Shown here piece after piece: positions 28,979 through 39,300 of a DNA stretch of 64,000 nucleotides (the first letter of the stretch is position 1; each line of letters begins with the position of its first letter). The notes under the pieces are model-generated. The model did no database searches. It had not been told where the DNA came from and saw nothing but the letters and a program-made list of their open reading frames with translations. The stretch is from Acidobacteriota bacterium (GTDB lineage: Bacteria; Acidobacteriota; Blastocatellia; Pyrinomonadales; Pyrinomonadaceae): assembly GCA_020199975.1 (NCBI GenBank), contig JAIVJP010000284.1:7749-71748 (forward strand), given 5' to 3'. The translations under genes and the position numbers were made by a program.

Positions 28979-29659
28979 TCATTTGGCCAGGTGACCGCCA
29001 ACATCCACTGACATGATGTAAATTAGCGGGAACACAAACATCCAGACCAAGTCTACGAAGTGCCAGTAAAGGCCGCTGATCTCGATGTCTTCGTGCTTCA
29101 ACTTCTTGACGCGCGCCGCCACTACAGCCAAATAAACTGCGCCTGTAGCTACGTGAAACATATGCAGGCCGGTGATGGTGAAAAATGTCGCGCCAAACAA
29201 AGGAGACGGTAGTTGCCCGTCGGTCGTCGTAAACGTCGAAACCCAGTGTGCGGGTAAGCTGAACGGAGTGAGACCTTCGCTGATTAGGTGGTTCCACTCA
29301 ATCAAGTGCAGCACCAGAAACGCGACGCCAAAAAATATTGTCGCCAGGATCCACTTGCGCACCGCTTTTAAGTCCCCGCGACTGGATGCCGACACCCCAA
29401 ACACCATCGTCAAGCTTGATGACAGCAGGCAGAAGGTCATCACTGATGAAAAGACGATGCTGGGATAAAATGGAAACGGCGTGGCCCAAACGTTTGAGGC
29501 GCGCAAATAGTTGTAACCAATCAGCAGCGCCGAAAACGTCAGCGAGTCGGAAACGATGAACAACCACATTCCCAGCTTGCGATGACCAACGCGATATGGG
29601 TGCACACCACCACCCCAATCGGCTGCGGGAAAATGTACTGCGCGTGCTTCAGTACTCAC
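28979..29659 (-). CDS. ctaE: haem-copper oxidase subunit III
   Basis: 226 aa, multi-TM, with conserved C-terminal WHFVDLVWMFVFPLIY. Confidence 0.85.
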   Translation of the reverse strand: MSTEARAVHFPAADWGGGVHPYRVGHRKLGMWLFIVSDSLTFSALLIGYNYLRASNVWATPFPFYPSIVFSSVMTFCLLSSSLTMVFGVSASSRGDLKAVRKWILATIFFGVAFLVLHLIEWNHLISEGLTPFSLPAHWVSTFTTTDGQLPSPLFGATFFTITGLHMFHVATGAVYLAVVAARVKKLKHEDIEISGLYWHFVDLVWMFVFPLIYIMSVDVGGHLAK

Positions 29660-29758
29660 CTGTCACCTCCACGTGGCGCAGACCTGGGTCCGCGCGCTTT
29701 GAAATTGTATTTAATCGCGTTACGCCACAGACTAAAAAGTCTGTCCACCAAGTCTGGG

Positions 29759-30457
29759 CTACACCTGCCGCCAAAAGAAAAGCAGCAAAAACAGGTAAAT
29801 CCACAAGACATCCATGAAATGCCAGTAAAGCGTGACCGCATCAGTTTGCGCCTGGCCTTTCGCCGCAGCCAATTCATCGTCGATCCGTAAGCGAGAACGT
29901 AGGGTCAGAAACATCAATCCAGCCAGCCCGCCGAGCAAATGCACAGCGTGGGTCGCCGTCAGCAAATAAAAAAAGGAGCTGTGTGGATTTGAAGAAATAT
30001 AAATGCCCTGTTGGGCCAGTTGATTCCAGGCAAACACCTGCGAGGCCAGAAAACCGAATCCCAGTAGGGTCGTGACAGCCAGCAAACTTTTGTGCGCACT
30101 CTGCGCGGCGTTTTTAAATTTTCGCCGCGCGAATTCGAGTGTGATGCTGCTGATAATGATAAGTGCCGTGCTCAAAAGCAAAACACGCGGCATGCGCAGC
30201 GGTTGCCAATCGTTGGCGGACGCCGCACGCACAATGTAGGCACTGCTGAGTCCGGTGAACAGCATCAGAATCGACGCCATCCCCACCCACATGCCGATCC
30301 GGTAGCGGTTGGCCGAAGAACGCGCGTCAAAAAAAGCGTGGCCGTGGCCGTTCCGCTTCGGCGAACCATTGCCGTTGGGCCCGCGAGATTTCGACCCGCC
30401 GCCCAATCGGGTTTGTGTGAGTGGCTTAGTGCCGGTGACCGTTGTGGCCATTTCCAC
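29759..30457 (-). CDS. haem-copper oxidase subunit III family protein (second paralogue)
   Basis: 232 aa with a basic, Gly-rich N-terminus, five TM helices and C-terminal YWHFMDVLWIYLFLLLF. Confidence 0.8.
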   Translation of the reverse strand: MEMATTVTGTKPLTQTRLGGGSKSRGPNGNGSPKRNGHGHAFFDARSSANRYRIGMWVGMASILMLFTGLSSAYIVRAASANDWQPLRMPRVLLLSTALIIISSITLEFARRKFKNAAQSAHKSLLAVTTLLGFGFLASQVFAWNQLAQQGIYISSNPHSSFFYLLTATHAVHLLGGLAGLMFLTLRSRLRIDDELAAAKGQAQTDAVTLYWHFMDVLWIYLFLLLFFWRQV

Positions 30458-32267
30458 CTGTCCTCTCAGCTTCAGTTTCCGGCTCAGTTTGCATTACAAA
30501 ATCATTCGGCGCTCCGGGTACGGCAAATTCGTATGGACCGCGATATACGGTCGGCAGTACACCCGCAAAGTTATCGTGCGGTGGCGGGCTGGGGGTTATC
30601 CATTCGAGCGTGGTCGCGTCCCAGGGATTTGGCCCGGCTTTCTTTCCTTTGAAAATGCTCCAGATCAGGTTGAAGTAAAACAGAAACTGCGCAAGCACCG
30701 TGATGATGGCGACGATTGAGACGAAAACCACCAACGGATGCAGCCTGCTTAGAAATGTGTACTCCGTAAACGACGAAAAACGTCGCGGCATGCCCACAAT
30801 CCCCATCACGTGCATAGGCACGAAAATACAGTAGACACCGACGAACGTTATCCAAAAATGAATCTTGCCCATGCCTTCGCTCATAAAGCGACCAAACACC
30901 TTGGGGAACCAAAAATAAGTGGCTGCGAACATGCCGAAGATGGACGCCACACCCATCACCAGATGGAAGTGCGCAGTCACAAAATAGGTATCGTGCATCG
31001 GCAAATCGAGTGAGGTCTGGCCCAACACCAGGCCGGTGATCCCGCCGGCAACAAAGAGCGACACAAAGCCAATCGCAAAAAGCATCGCGGTGGTAAAGCG
31101 AATTCTTGCTCCCCATAGTGTGCCCAGCCAGTTGAAAGTTTTTACCGCCGAGGGCACGCCAATCGAGAGCGTCAGGATCGAAAACGTCATCGCTGAATAG
31201 GGACTCATGCCGCTAATGAACATGTGATGTCCCCAAACGAAGAAGCCCAGCAGCCCAATCGCGAAGATCGCAAACACCATAGCGCGATAACCAAAGATCG
31301 GCTTGCGTGCAAACGTCGAAAGAATGTGTGACGTGGCGCCCATACCGGGCAGGATGGCGATGTAAACTTCCGGATGCCCGAAAAACCAAAACAAGTGTTG
31401 CCACAAAATGGGTGAGCCGCCGGTATGCACCGGAAAGCTTGGATTCGTTCCGGAAAGAATGCCACTGACGTAGAGCCCCCCCGGAATAAAGAAACTAGTT
31501 CCAGCGAGGCGATCAAGCAGCAGCAGGATGCCGCCACCGAGCAACACCGGAAACGACAACAGCGCGAGTACGGCAGTAGTAAACCAGGCCCAGCAGGTCA
31601 AGGGCATGCGCATCAGCGTCATGCCCCTGGTGCGCATGTTCAGCAGCGTCGTAATGAAATTGAGCGCACCGAGCAATGAACCCACGCAAAAAATTGCGAT
31701 GCTTATTATCCAAAGGTTCATGCCCAGGCCTTGCCCTGGTCCAGCTATTTGACCCAAGGCGCTTAAGGGCGCATAGCCGGTCCAGCCCCCAATAGGACCA
31801 ACCGTTGATGCCGACCCGGAAGCGAAGATTGCGGCAAGGATGACAATGAAGCCCACCAATGTCACCCAAAAAGAAAGCATGTTCAGCACCGGAAATGCCA
31901 TATCTTCCGCGCCGATTTGGATGGGAAGGAAATAGTTGCCAAAGCCGCCCTGCGGTGCAGTCGTCAGCACGAAGAACACCATAATCGTCCCGTGCATGGT
32001 GACCAGCGACAAATAAAACTCCGGATTCATGATGCCCCCGGGAGCGCCGGCGGGAAACAGCGTTCCCAGGATGGGCCAGTTCGTGCCGGGCCAGGACAAG
32101 TTCATGCGCATCAGCACCGACATCGTCATGCCAACAATTACCGCGACCAGCGCCAGAATTATGTACTGGATGCCAATGACCTTGTGATCCAGACTGAAGA
32201 TGTATTTACGAATGAAGCTAGTCGGCGGCTCGTGGCGATGGACTGCTTCGTGCGTTTCAACTGACAT
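30426..32267 (-). CDS. ctaD: cytochrome c oxidase subunit I
   Basis: 613 aa with canonical motifs (WFFGHPEVYI, HHMF, VGGITG-like, HFHLV). Confidence 0.95.
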   Translation of the reverse strand: MSVETHEAVHRHEPPTSFIRKYIFSLDHKVIGIQYIILALVAVIVGMTMSVLMRMNLSWPGTNWPILGTLFPAGAPGGIMNPEFYLSLVTMHGTIMVFFVLTTAPQGGFGNYFLPIQIGAEDMAFPVLNMLSFWVTLVGFIVILAAIFASGSASTVGPIGGWTGYAPLSALGQIAGPGQGLGMNLWIISIAIFCVGSLLGALNFITTLLNMRTRGMTLMRMPLTCWAWFTTAVLALLSFPVLLGGGILLLLDRLAGTSFFIPGGLYVSGILSGTNPSFPVHTGGSPILWQHLFWFFGHPEVYIAILPGMGATSHILSTFARKPIFGYRAMVFAIFAIGLLGFFVWGHHMFISGMSPYSAMTFSILTLSIGVPSAVKTFNWLGTLWGARIRFTTAMLFAIGFVSLFVAGGITGLVLGQTSLDLPMHDTYFVTAHFHLVMGVASIFGMFAATYFWFPKVFGRFMSEGMGKIHFWITFVGVYCIFVPMHVMGIVGMPRRFSSFTEYTFLSRLHPLVVFVSIVAIITVLAQFLFYFNLIWSIFKGKKAGPNPWDATTLEWITPSPPPHDNFAGVLPTVYRGPYEFAVPGAPNDFVMQTEPETEAERTGGNGHNGHRH

Positions 32268-32313
32268 CTTAATCTCCTGTGTTAACGAATGAGCGTAGAG
32301 ATTTCGTTTTTGT

Positions 32314-33159
32314 CTAGTAAGTCGGCAATGGATACTGGGCCAACAACTCAGTGACGCGGCTCTGAAACTGGTCCTGCGGCAAAGCCATTAACGCCTGATG
32401 CTCAGCTTCCGGCAGGACCAGCATGTAACTCTTCATCTTAAAGTGGAGCTGGCCGCAAAGTTCGGCGCATGCCAGTTCATACTTGCCTATTTGATTTGCC
32501 GTGAAGTGGACGCGAATCGCCATGCCCGGAACCAGGTCCTGCTTGAATCTCAGTTGTGGCACCCAGAAGTTGTGAATAACGTCCTTCGAGCGAAGGATCA
32601 ATTCCACCGGCCGGCCGACCGGTATAGCAATCACACTGTGCGTTGCATCGTCTTTGGCGCTTGGGTCTGTTTCGTCAAGCCCTACAAAATTCAGGGCTGA
32701 ATCGTCTATCAGACTCGGATCTGTACGACCGAAGACGCCGTCTCTGCCTGCGTAGTGAAAGTTCCATTGAAACTGCTGCGCTACCACTTCAACCTGAAAG
32801 GAACCCGCCGGCGCTTTGTTAAAGTGAAGCGAGGCCCAGACGCTTTGGCCCATTACGGCCAGTCCGATAAAGATGATGGCCGTTACGATCGTCCAGATAA
32901 CTTCGAGGCGATTGCTGCCGTGCGTGTACATCGCGCGCTCGTGGCTCGGCCGCTCGCGATACTTCCAGACCATGTAGCCGAGTCCGACCTGGGCGGCTGT
33001 AAATGAGATTCCCACCACGATGATAGTGATTAGGAATTGCCGATCGAGTGCTGCTGCGTGGGAAGAAATGGCGGCAGGAAACCACCACTGCTTAACGAAA
33101 AAGATACTTACTGAACCCAGAGTCAGGATCCAGATAATAACCGCAAGAGCTCGTCCCAT
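32314..33159 (-). CDS. ctaC: cytochrome c oxidase subunit II, CuA type without fused cytochrome c domain
   Basis: 281 aa with two N-terminal TM helices and CuA motif CAELCGQLHFKM. There is no CxxCH anywhere in the protein. Confidence 0.9.
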   Translation of the reverse strand: MGRALAVIIWILTLGSVSIFFVKQWWFPAAISSHAAALDRQFLITIIVVGISFTAAQVGLGYMVWKYRERPSHERAMYTHGSNRLEVIWTIVTAIIFIGLAVMGQSVWASLHFNKAPAGSFQVEVVAQQFQWNFHYAGRDGVFGRTDPSLIDDSALNFVGLDETDPSAKDDATHSVIAIPVGRPVELILRSKDVIHNFWVPQLRFKQDLVPGMAIRVHFTANQIGKYELACAELCGQLHFKMKSYMLVLPEAEHQALMALPQDQFQSRVTELLAQYPLPTY

Positions 33160-33178
33160 CGGTTAGCTCCTTCAAGAA

Positions 33179-33305
33179 GTGAATCGTGAATCGTAAATCG
33201 TAAATCGTGACAGACCGCAAATAGCAAACAGTGAACCGAGTTGTGCAAAACCAGACTTAGAATTCGGTGTTAACCATTTACGATTTACGATTCACGATTT
33301 ACGGC
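33179..33305. repeat. paired-heptamer hairpin element (AATCGTA / TACGATT)
   Basis: Left arm GAATCGTGAATCGTAAATCGTAAATCGTGA; right arm CCATTTACGATTTACGATTCACGATTTACGG. The perfectly complementary core is 24 nt. It lies between ctaB and ctaC. Confidence 0.9.
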
Positions 33306-33307
33306 AT

Positions 33308-34219
33308 TTACCGGTCCAGAACCATCAAGATAAATAAGAACGGTAAATAAATCACCGAAGCGAGCAGCAAATGTCGCGCTGCCTGGCGCGATTTCGAGAA
33401 AGCCGCTCGCACACTGAAATAGAGAAATGCCAGTCCGAAAATAATCGCACCCACGAAATAAATTTTGCCCGCGGTTCCCAGTAGTGTGGGCAACAGGCTA
33501 ACCGGCAACAGCATGACCGTATACATAACTATTTGTTGCCCAGTAACGCGGCCATCGGGTTCCACAACGGGAAGCATTAAGATTCCCGCGCGCGTGTAAT
33601 CCTCTCGATACATCCAGGCAATCGCCAGGAAATGAGGAAACTGCCAGAGAAAGAGGATTGCGAATAGTACCCAGGCTTCGACCCCGATCGAACCACGCGC
33701 GCTGGCCCACCCGATTAGTGGCGGGACTGCGCCCGGAAAAGCGCCGACGAACGTTGAAAGCGAAGTCCGCGTCTTCAGTGGTGTGTAGGCGAATAAGTAC
33801 CCCGAGATGACGGTCAATCCTAATACCGCGCTTAGTGGGTTCACTAAAACTGCCAGATAAATCTCAGCGAGCACCGTCAGTCCGATACCAAAGGCCAGCG
33901 CTTCCCACGGGGAAAGTTTGCCTGAAGGCAATGGCCGGTTCGCGGTGCGACGCATCAGGCCATCGAGATCCTTCTCCATGAACTGATTGAGCGTGGCGAT
34001 CCCTGAAGACAAAAGCGCGATGCCAACCATCGCCGTGAGCATCGCCGGATAATCCACGCGTCCCGGTGAAGCAAGCGCAAAACCGGCTGCCGCCGTCAAC
34101 ACAATCAGAAAAGTAATACGAGGTTTGGTTAGCTCGACGTAGGCGGCCACACGATCGCGCGCGCTTAAGCGCTCGAGTTGAGCTATCCCGCCGTTAAGTT
34201 CTATTACGAATTCTTCCAT
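33308..34219 (-). CDS. ctaB: protohaem IX farnesyltransferase (haem O synthase)
   Basis: 303 aa of the UbiA superfamily (NQFMEKDLDGLMRRTANRPLPSG). Confidence 0.9.
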   Translation of the reverse strand: MEEFVIELNGGIAQLERLSARDRVAAYVELTKPRITFLIVLTAAAGFALASPGRVDYPAMLTAMVGIALLSSGIATLNQFMEKDLDGLMRRTANRPLPSGKLSPWEALAFGIGLTVLAEIYLAVLVNPLSAVLGLTVISGYLFAYTPLKTRTSLSTFVGAFPGAVPPLIGWASARGSIGVEAWVLFAILFLWQFPHFLAIAWMYREDYTRAGILMLPVVEPDGRVTGQQIVMYTVMLLPVSLLPTLLGTAGKIYFVGAIIFGLAFLYFSVRAAFSKSRQAARHLLLASVIYLPFLFILMVLDR

Positions 34220-34241
34220 CTGGGTTGGTGAAAGGCCCGAA

Positions 34242-34308
34242 GTTCAGGGTCCAAGCTTTAGCTTGCTGATTACTAAGCTGAGAGCAATCTGAAGGTTGTC
34301 CTCTGAAC
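34242..34308. repeat. TTTAG...CTGAAGG hairpin element, copy 1
   Basis: GTTCAGGGTCCAAGCTTTAGCTTGC...GCAATCTGAAGGTTGTCCTCTGAAC. It is roughly 80 percent identical by eye to copy 2 at 35301-35356. Confidence 0.8.
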
Positions 34309-34316
34309 CACTTAAG

Positions 34317-35240
34317 CTAACCTCGTTGCGTCGCCGCTGAAAACTCTAACGATTGTTCGGATGGTCGCAATACCTTAAATACCCTTAGTGTCAAAACTAT
34401 TGTGGTCGCGAACACCAATGCGCCGCAGGCCACGTGTGCCACTGTGACTCCGACCATAGGGTTCAACGGCTGTGGATCGTTTGGCGAAGCCGCGCGCGTT
34501 AGATAAGCCGCCAACCCAAGAAATAGTTGCACCACCAGCAAAATCAAAACGACGATTGCCGGCCAAGTCAGGAAGGGCAGACCGCGATGACGCCGCAGTA
34601 CCGACAATGCCGCGCTTCCCAATATCAACGTGACCGCAACTGCGCCACCAATATGTGTCAATAAAAGATCTGTTGGCAGCGGTTTGTCCCAGGTGGCTGA
34701 ATGCCGCAAAGTCGCGCCAATTATCAACTGCAAGAAGATCGTGGCCACCGCCGCGGAACAGATGTATCTGAGCGGCAGACCGGGGCGCTCCTCGAGCGTC
34801 GGCCGGTCCGTCATCCAGCTCCGCGAGGTAAAAACCGCCAGGCTAACGGTGGTACAGAAAAAGAGCTGGGCTAATGTTGCATGAGCGGTGGAGACTGCAA
34901 GCGGCAAGCTCAACTTTACAGTTAATCCGCCGAGCAGGCCCTGCGCGATCACACCAAACAAAGCCAGCAACCCCAGCCGCCGCACCCAGCGTCGTTTCTC
35001 TTTTGCGAAAAGAAAAATGACCAGACCGATTGTCAATAAACCAACTGTCGTAGCCACCATGCGGTGACCATGTTCCCAAAAAAGGTTACCCACCATTTTC
35101 GGAAACACCTGGCCATTTGAAAGTGGCCAGTCGTTCGTGGCCAGTCCCGCGTCGTGGCTCGTCACCAGCGCCCCGGCGATGATCAAGAAAAAGGTCGCGC
35201 AAGCGACCAGCAACGCGAAACGATGCAAACCTTTACTCAT
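34317..35240 (-). CDS. ctaA: haem A synthase (COX15/CtaA family)
   Basis: 307 aa with eight TM helices and the motif WEHGHRMVATTVG. Confidence 0.85.
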   Translation of the reverse strand: MSKGLHRFALLVACATFFLIIAGALVTSHDAGLATNDWPLSNGQVFPKMVGNLFWEHGHRMVATTVGLLTIGLVIFLFAKEKRRWVRRLGLLALFGVIAQGLLGGLTVKLSLPLAVSTAHATLAQLFFCTTVSLAVFTSRSWMTDRPTLEERPGLPLRYICSAAVATIFLQLIIGATLRHSATWDKPLPTDLLLTHIGGAVAVTLILGSAALSVLRRHRGLPFLTWPAIVVLILLVVQLFLGLAAYLTRAASPNDPQPLNPMVGVTVAHVACGALVFATTIVLTLRVFKVLRPSEQSLEFSAATQRG

Positions 35241-35250
35241 TCAAAGTCAC

Positions 35251-35400
35251 GCGATTCCCAATCTCCGATTGCCGTCTTTGGCGAAAGACAAGCAGTTTTT
35301 AGAGTCCAACCTTTAGCTTGCCCCTTACGAGCTGAGAGCAAGCTGAAGGTTGGCTCTGAACTACTTTGTTTTCAAACGGCAATCGGAAATTGGCAATCGC
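35251..35400. repeat. composite nested hairpin: TTGCCGA-type outer arms enclosing TTTAG...CTGAAGG hairpin copy 2
   Basis: Outer arms are GCGATTCCCAATCTCCGATTGCCG (35251-35274) and CGGCAATCGGAAATTGGCAATCGC (35378-35400). The inner element is AGAGTCCAACCTTTAGCTTGC...GCAAGCTGAAGGTTGGCTCT (35301-35356). Confidence 0.85.
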
Positions 35401-35409
35401 AAGTCCAGA

Positions 35410-36291
35410 TCAGTGATGACCGGGCGCCGGTACCACGAGCGCGGGCATCATTTCCAGACCAGGTTTGCTTGAAGCGGTTGCAGCTTCACCGAACGCGAAG
35501 TCTGCTTTGACGCTACCACTCGCCGGTACCGTTACACTCATGGTTTTTTCTGTTCCGGTAGCGCCGCCTTCTTTCCACGCCGCAACGGTGTAAGTTCCCG
35601 GCGGTACACCCTTGATGGTGAACGTGCCGTCTTCAGCGCTAACCGCGAAGAATGGATGCTTCAACACCCCAACGTAAGCTTTCATCCACGGATGTTGGTT
35701 GCACTTGACGGGTACCAGCACTTCCGAGCGCGCAAACGAGTGCGTTAAAGCAGGTGCGCCATTTGGTTGCGATTGGTTCCAGTCAGGATTGTTCTTTGGC
35801 GTGAAATGGATGTTGTGCTGGGTAGGATCGCTGTTGGTAATGTTCAATTTCTGATTGATCATCGCCCCCATCACATGCGGCTTGTATTGACAACCGCTTT
35901 GATCCAGATTCACGGTGTCCGAAGGTGCAGTGAAAGTGTATTCGGTCACCTTCGTGCCATCGGCAGTAGCGCCATCTTTGATGTAAACAAAAGCATTGGC
36001 CAGCTTGCCATCTTTGACTGCGTTGTCTTCAGTTGTGAGGTTCGGGTTCCTCTGGCCGCAAACCGGATCGGCGGAAGCATCAATCTTCTTTGGCGCCGGC
36101 GGCGTGCCGTTATAAGCAATCGTTCCAGTAACGGTTCCTTCGTCCCCTTTAGCAGTGAAAGCTTTGCCGGTTGTTGTTGCTGCCGGCTCGCTGTCGCCTC
36201 CTTCAGGCGTCTTGCTGCAAGCCGAGGCCAGGCCCAGCAGCGATAGAGCAATCATCAGAGTCAGCCAGACCTTGGTCTGCTTCATAGACAT
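35410..36291 (-). CDS. cupredoxin (type-1 copper) protein with signal peptide, possible lipoprotein, flanked by carboxypeptidase-regulatory-like beta-sandwich segments
   Basis: Start trimmed to ATG 36291 (MSMKQTK), with GGAGG 8 nt upstream. The signal peptide ends in GLASAC. Candidate T1Cu ligands are HNIHF and, about 36 residues later, CNQHPWM (Cys-x2-His-x2-Met, as in amicyanin CTPHPFM). There is no CxxCH. Confidence 0.7.
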   Translation of the reverse strand: MSMKQTKVWLTLMIALSLLGLASACSKTPEGGDSEPAATTTGKAFTAKGDEGTVTGTIAYNGTPPAPKKIDASADPVCGQRNPNLTTEDNAVKDGKLANAFVYIKDGATADGTKVTEYTFTAPSDTVNLDQSGCQYKPHVMGAMINQKLNITNSDPTQHNIHFTPKNNPDWNQSQPNGAPALTHSFARSEVLVPVKCNQHPWMKAYVGVLKHPFFAVSAEDGTFTIKGVPPGTYTVAAWKEGGATGTEKTMSVTVPASGSVKADFAFGEAATASSKPGLEMMPALVVPAPGHH

Positions 36292-36377
36292 AATCAGTTC
36301 CTCCAAATCAAGATACTTTCAGCATAACTTTAGCACGGGAACCTACCTTAAGTAGAACCGCGCCCACATCGAAAGAT

Positions 36378-39300
36378 TCACATTCCCGGCGCTTTGGCAG
36401 TCGCGCGCACGCGTCCATTAAACGCAAGTGGAGTGCGTTTTGATCTACGCAATCTACGTGAGGTTTCTCCGCTTCTCCGCCTTAATTTATTTTCTGCCTT
36501 CTCTACGGGCGGCGGTGTTGGCGGCGGCCCGGCCGTAGCCGCGGGCGCCGTCGCTAACAGTCGCCTTTGTTCGTCAGGCGTCAACAGGAACATGTAACGA
36601 ACCAACAGCAGCGCATGGTCATCGTGATATGCGGTGGCGCTGGCCGGCGGATTCGGCAGATTGATTACCCAACGATCTCCCTCTTTTCTAAACAGACCGG
36701 TGGGCATCGCTGTGCCCGGACTGATCTGGGATGGATCCAGCAGCCAACGGAAGGTCCATTCCGGTTTCAAGCGTTCGCCGGCCAAAAGGAAGTTTGGCGC
36801 AATCGCCGTCGCATCGTGGGCTGGATCGCCCGTGATGTGACACTTCAGACACGGAGTGCCGGACGTGAACATCTGTCGCGCCACCAGCTTCTCCTCTTCA
36901 GTTAACGGAGCCATCGGCTCTTTGATGTAAGGTTCCTGCTGGCCCGACATGGCCATGAAGAAACGCACTAGGGTCTGCAACTCGTTAGGCGAGAAATTAA
37001 ACGTCGGCATGCGGAACTTGAGATACGGACGAACACCGTTGCGATCGAGACCGGGCTGCGGCTTCAAGTGTCCACTTGTTTGCGCTGCCGGTTTTGGCGA
37101 GGCGCTGGGCGAAGCGCTCGGCGAAGCAGTGGCTCGAGCAGCATTATCGATAGCCCTGGTTTGTTCCGGAGTTTTCTCTCCACTCAAAGACGGGTCGTGA
37201 AGGAATCTTAGCAGCCAATTGGGATCAACACGCGCGCCTTCACTGGACAATCGCGGCGGCAGCAAATCCTTGCCTTCAGGCGTTTGGTAAAAAGGCAAAT
37301 CCATAACTACTGTTCGCTGGTCTACCTGCACCTGGTGGCAACCCACGCAGTTATATTTCTTTATTACCCACCACCCGTTTTGAATGTCCTGCCGGCGCTG
37401 GTCCTCCGGATTATAGAAGAGAGCCGAGGGCACGTTCGAACCTTCCGAGCCAACGCTGCCGAGCAGAAAAGTTGTTAACGCATTACGCCATTCAGGAGTC
37501 AGGAAAGGTTGCGGCATGCGTAAACGATCTTTGGGATCTTTTTCCTTACCCCGATCGTAGATAGAGGGTTCGGTAATCTTGTGCTCGAAAAATCCCTTAT
37601 GGTTGTACCAGGGTTTTTCTTTCTCTTTCGGATGCAGGCCAAGCGGATCATGTCCCTCTTCTGCTTCCTTGGTAAGCATGGCAAAGTCCAGGCGCTCGAT
37701 CGGCGTTGCACCCTCGACGGTCAACTCTTTGCCGATTCGTTGTTCGTCTTCAAAGCCCTTGATCTCGTGACAACCGGCGCACCCATATTGCTTGATGAGA
37801 CCGAATCCCTTGTCTTTCAAGTCCGCGCGGTCCATGAACGAAGCGTCGGCATACTGCGGCGGCGAGGACAACGAGAACAGGTACGTCGCGATGTCGCGCG
37901 CATCCGTCTCGGACAGGCGGAAGTTTGGCATCACTGTCATGTTCTGCACTTGCAGCTCGGCCCCATCGTTGGGGCAGCGCGAATGCAGCTCAGTATCAAA
38001 CACATATGGCAAGTTGTGCTTGGCGTAGTCGTCCGCCGTTAGATCCCGTTTTTCTTTCGGACAATATGGAGCAAAGCGTTCGCGTGGGTTGTGAATCCAG
38101 CGCACTATGTAATCGAAGTTTGCTTTCTCGCCCACCTTTTGCAGATTCGCGGCAAAACTTCCGCCCGTGTCGTTTCCTTCGTCACCAATCGAGTGACACC
38201 CCAGACAGCCACGCGTCTCGAAGAGTTCTTTGCCGTGAGCGGCATCGCCGCGCTGCTGCTGGGGTAACTTGCCATCAAAACTATCCTGCCAGAGATAGGC
38301 AGCAATCGCCTGGATTTGCTCCTCGCCATCTTTATCGCGCATTGATGGACCATTGCCGCTGGGAGCTGCGAACCTCCAGAAGGTCGGCATCTTGGTGCCG
38401 GGACGAAAACCTTGCGGATCTAAAAGCCACTGCGGAACCCATTCCTTGCGCAGTTTCAGGCGCACGTCCTTCAGGTTTGGCCCAATTTTCTTCTGATCTT
38501 GCATTAGGTACTTAGACTGCAAGTTCAACTGATCGATGCGCGCAGCCAGAATGCTGTTGGTAACTTTCAACGCCTCCGATTCGGCCAGCATCTTTTGCGC
38601 ATCTTCATCGCTGGTTCCCTCAGGCGGATTCTCATCGATGCGAATCCGCTTTTGATTGGCCGTAATCTGATCCTCAAGTTGGCTAATATTTTGCCGCGTA
38701 GTCGCCAGGTTATCCGCCTCGCGGTCGAACCCTTCATAACGATGACAACCCATGCAGCCACGTTGGTAGAAGAGGTCGCGGCCGAGATTCAAGGTGTCGG
38801 CGCCTTGCGTAACCCGATCTTTCGCGTGACATTGCTGGCAGCCGGCCTCGGTGTTTTCTTTCTCAAACATCGGCCACAGCCAATACTTATGCCGCCCGTG
38901 CCCCTTCACGTCACTGGTTGTCGCGCGGCCATTGCCCCAGTGACAACTGGAACACCCAAACCGATCCGGATTATGAATCTGCAGCAGATCTTTCTTGGGA
39001 TGACTAACGAAAGCGCGCGCCAGGCTGTCGGGTTTCTTCCCGGGACCTCCGGGCGCTAAATCTTCCGCACGGATGTCGAGTGGCTCGCGAGCACCAACAT
39101 GACAAACTTCGCAGCGGTCGACGATGTCGAATGCATTGACGCTAATCTGGTGCGGCAGGATCGAATAATCAAACGTGTCCATCTTGCGGATCAGTCCATC
39201 GATCTGACTCGCGCCTAGTCCGGGCATGTGATGTTTCAAAAAGTCGTCCCGCTTCTTCGCCAGCCCGCTGGGCCCTTTCAGGAGTTCTGCCTTTTGACCA

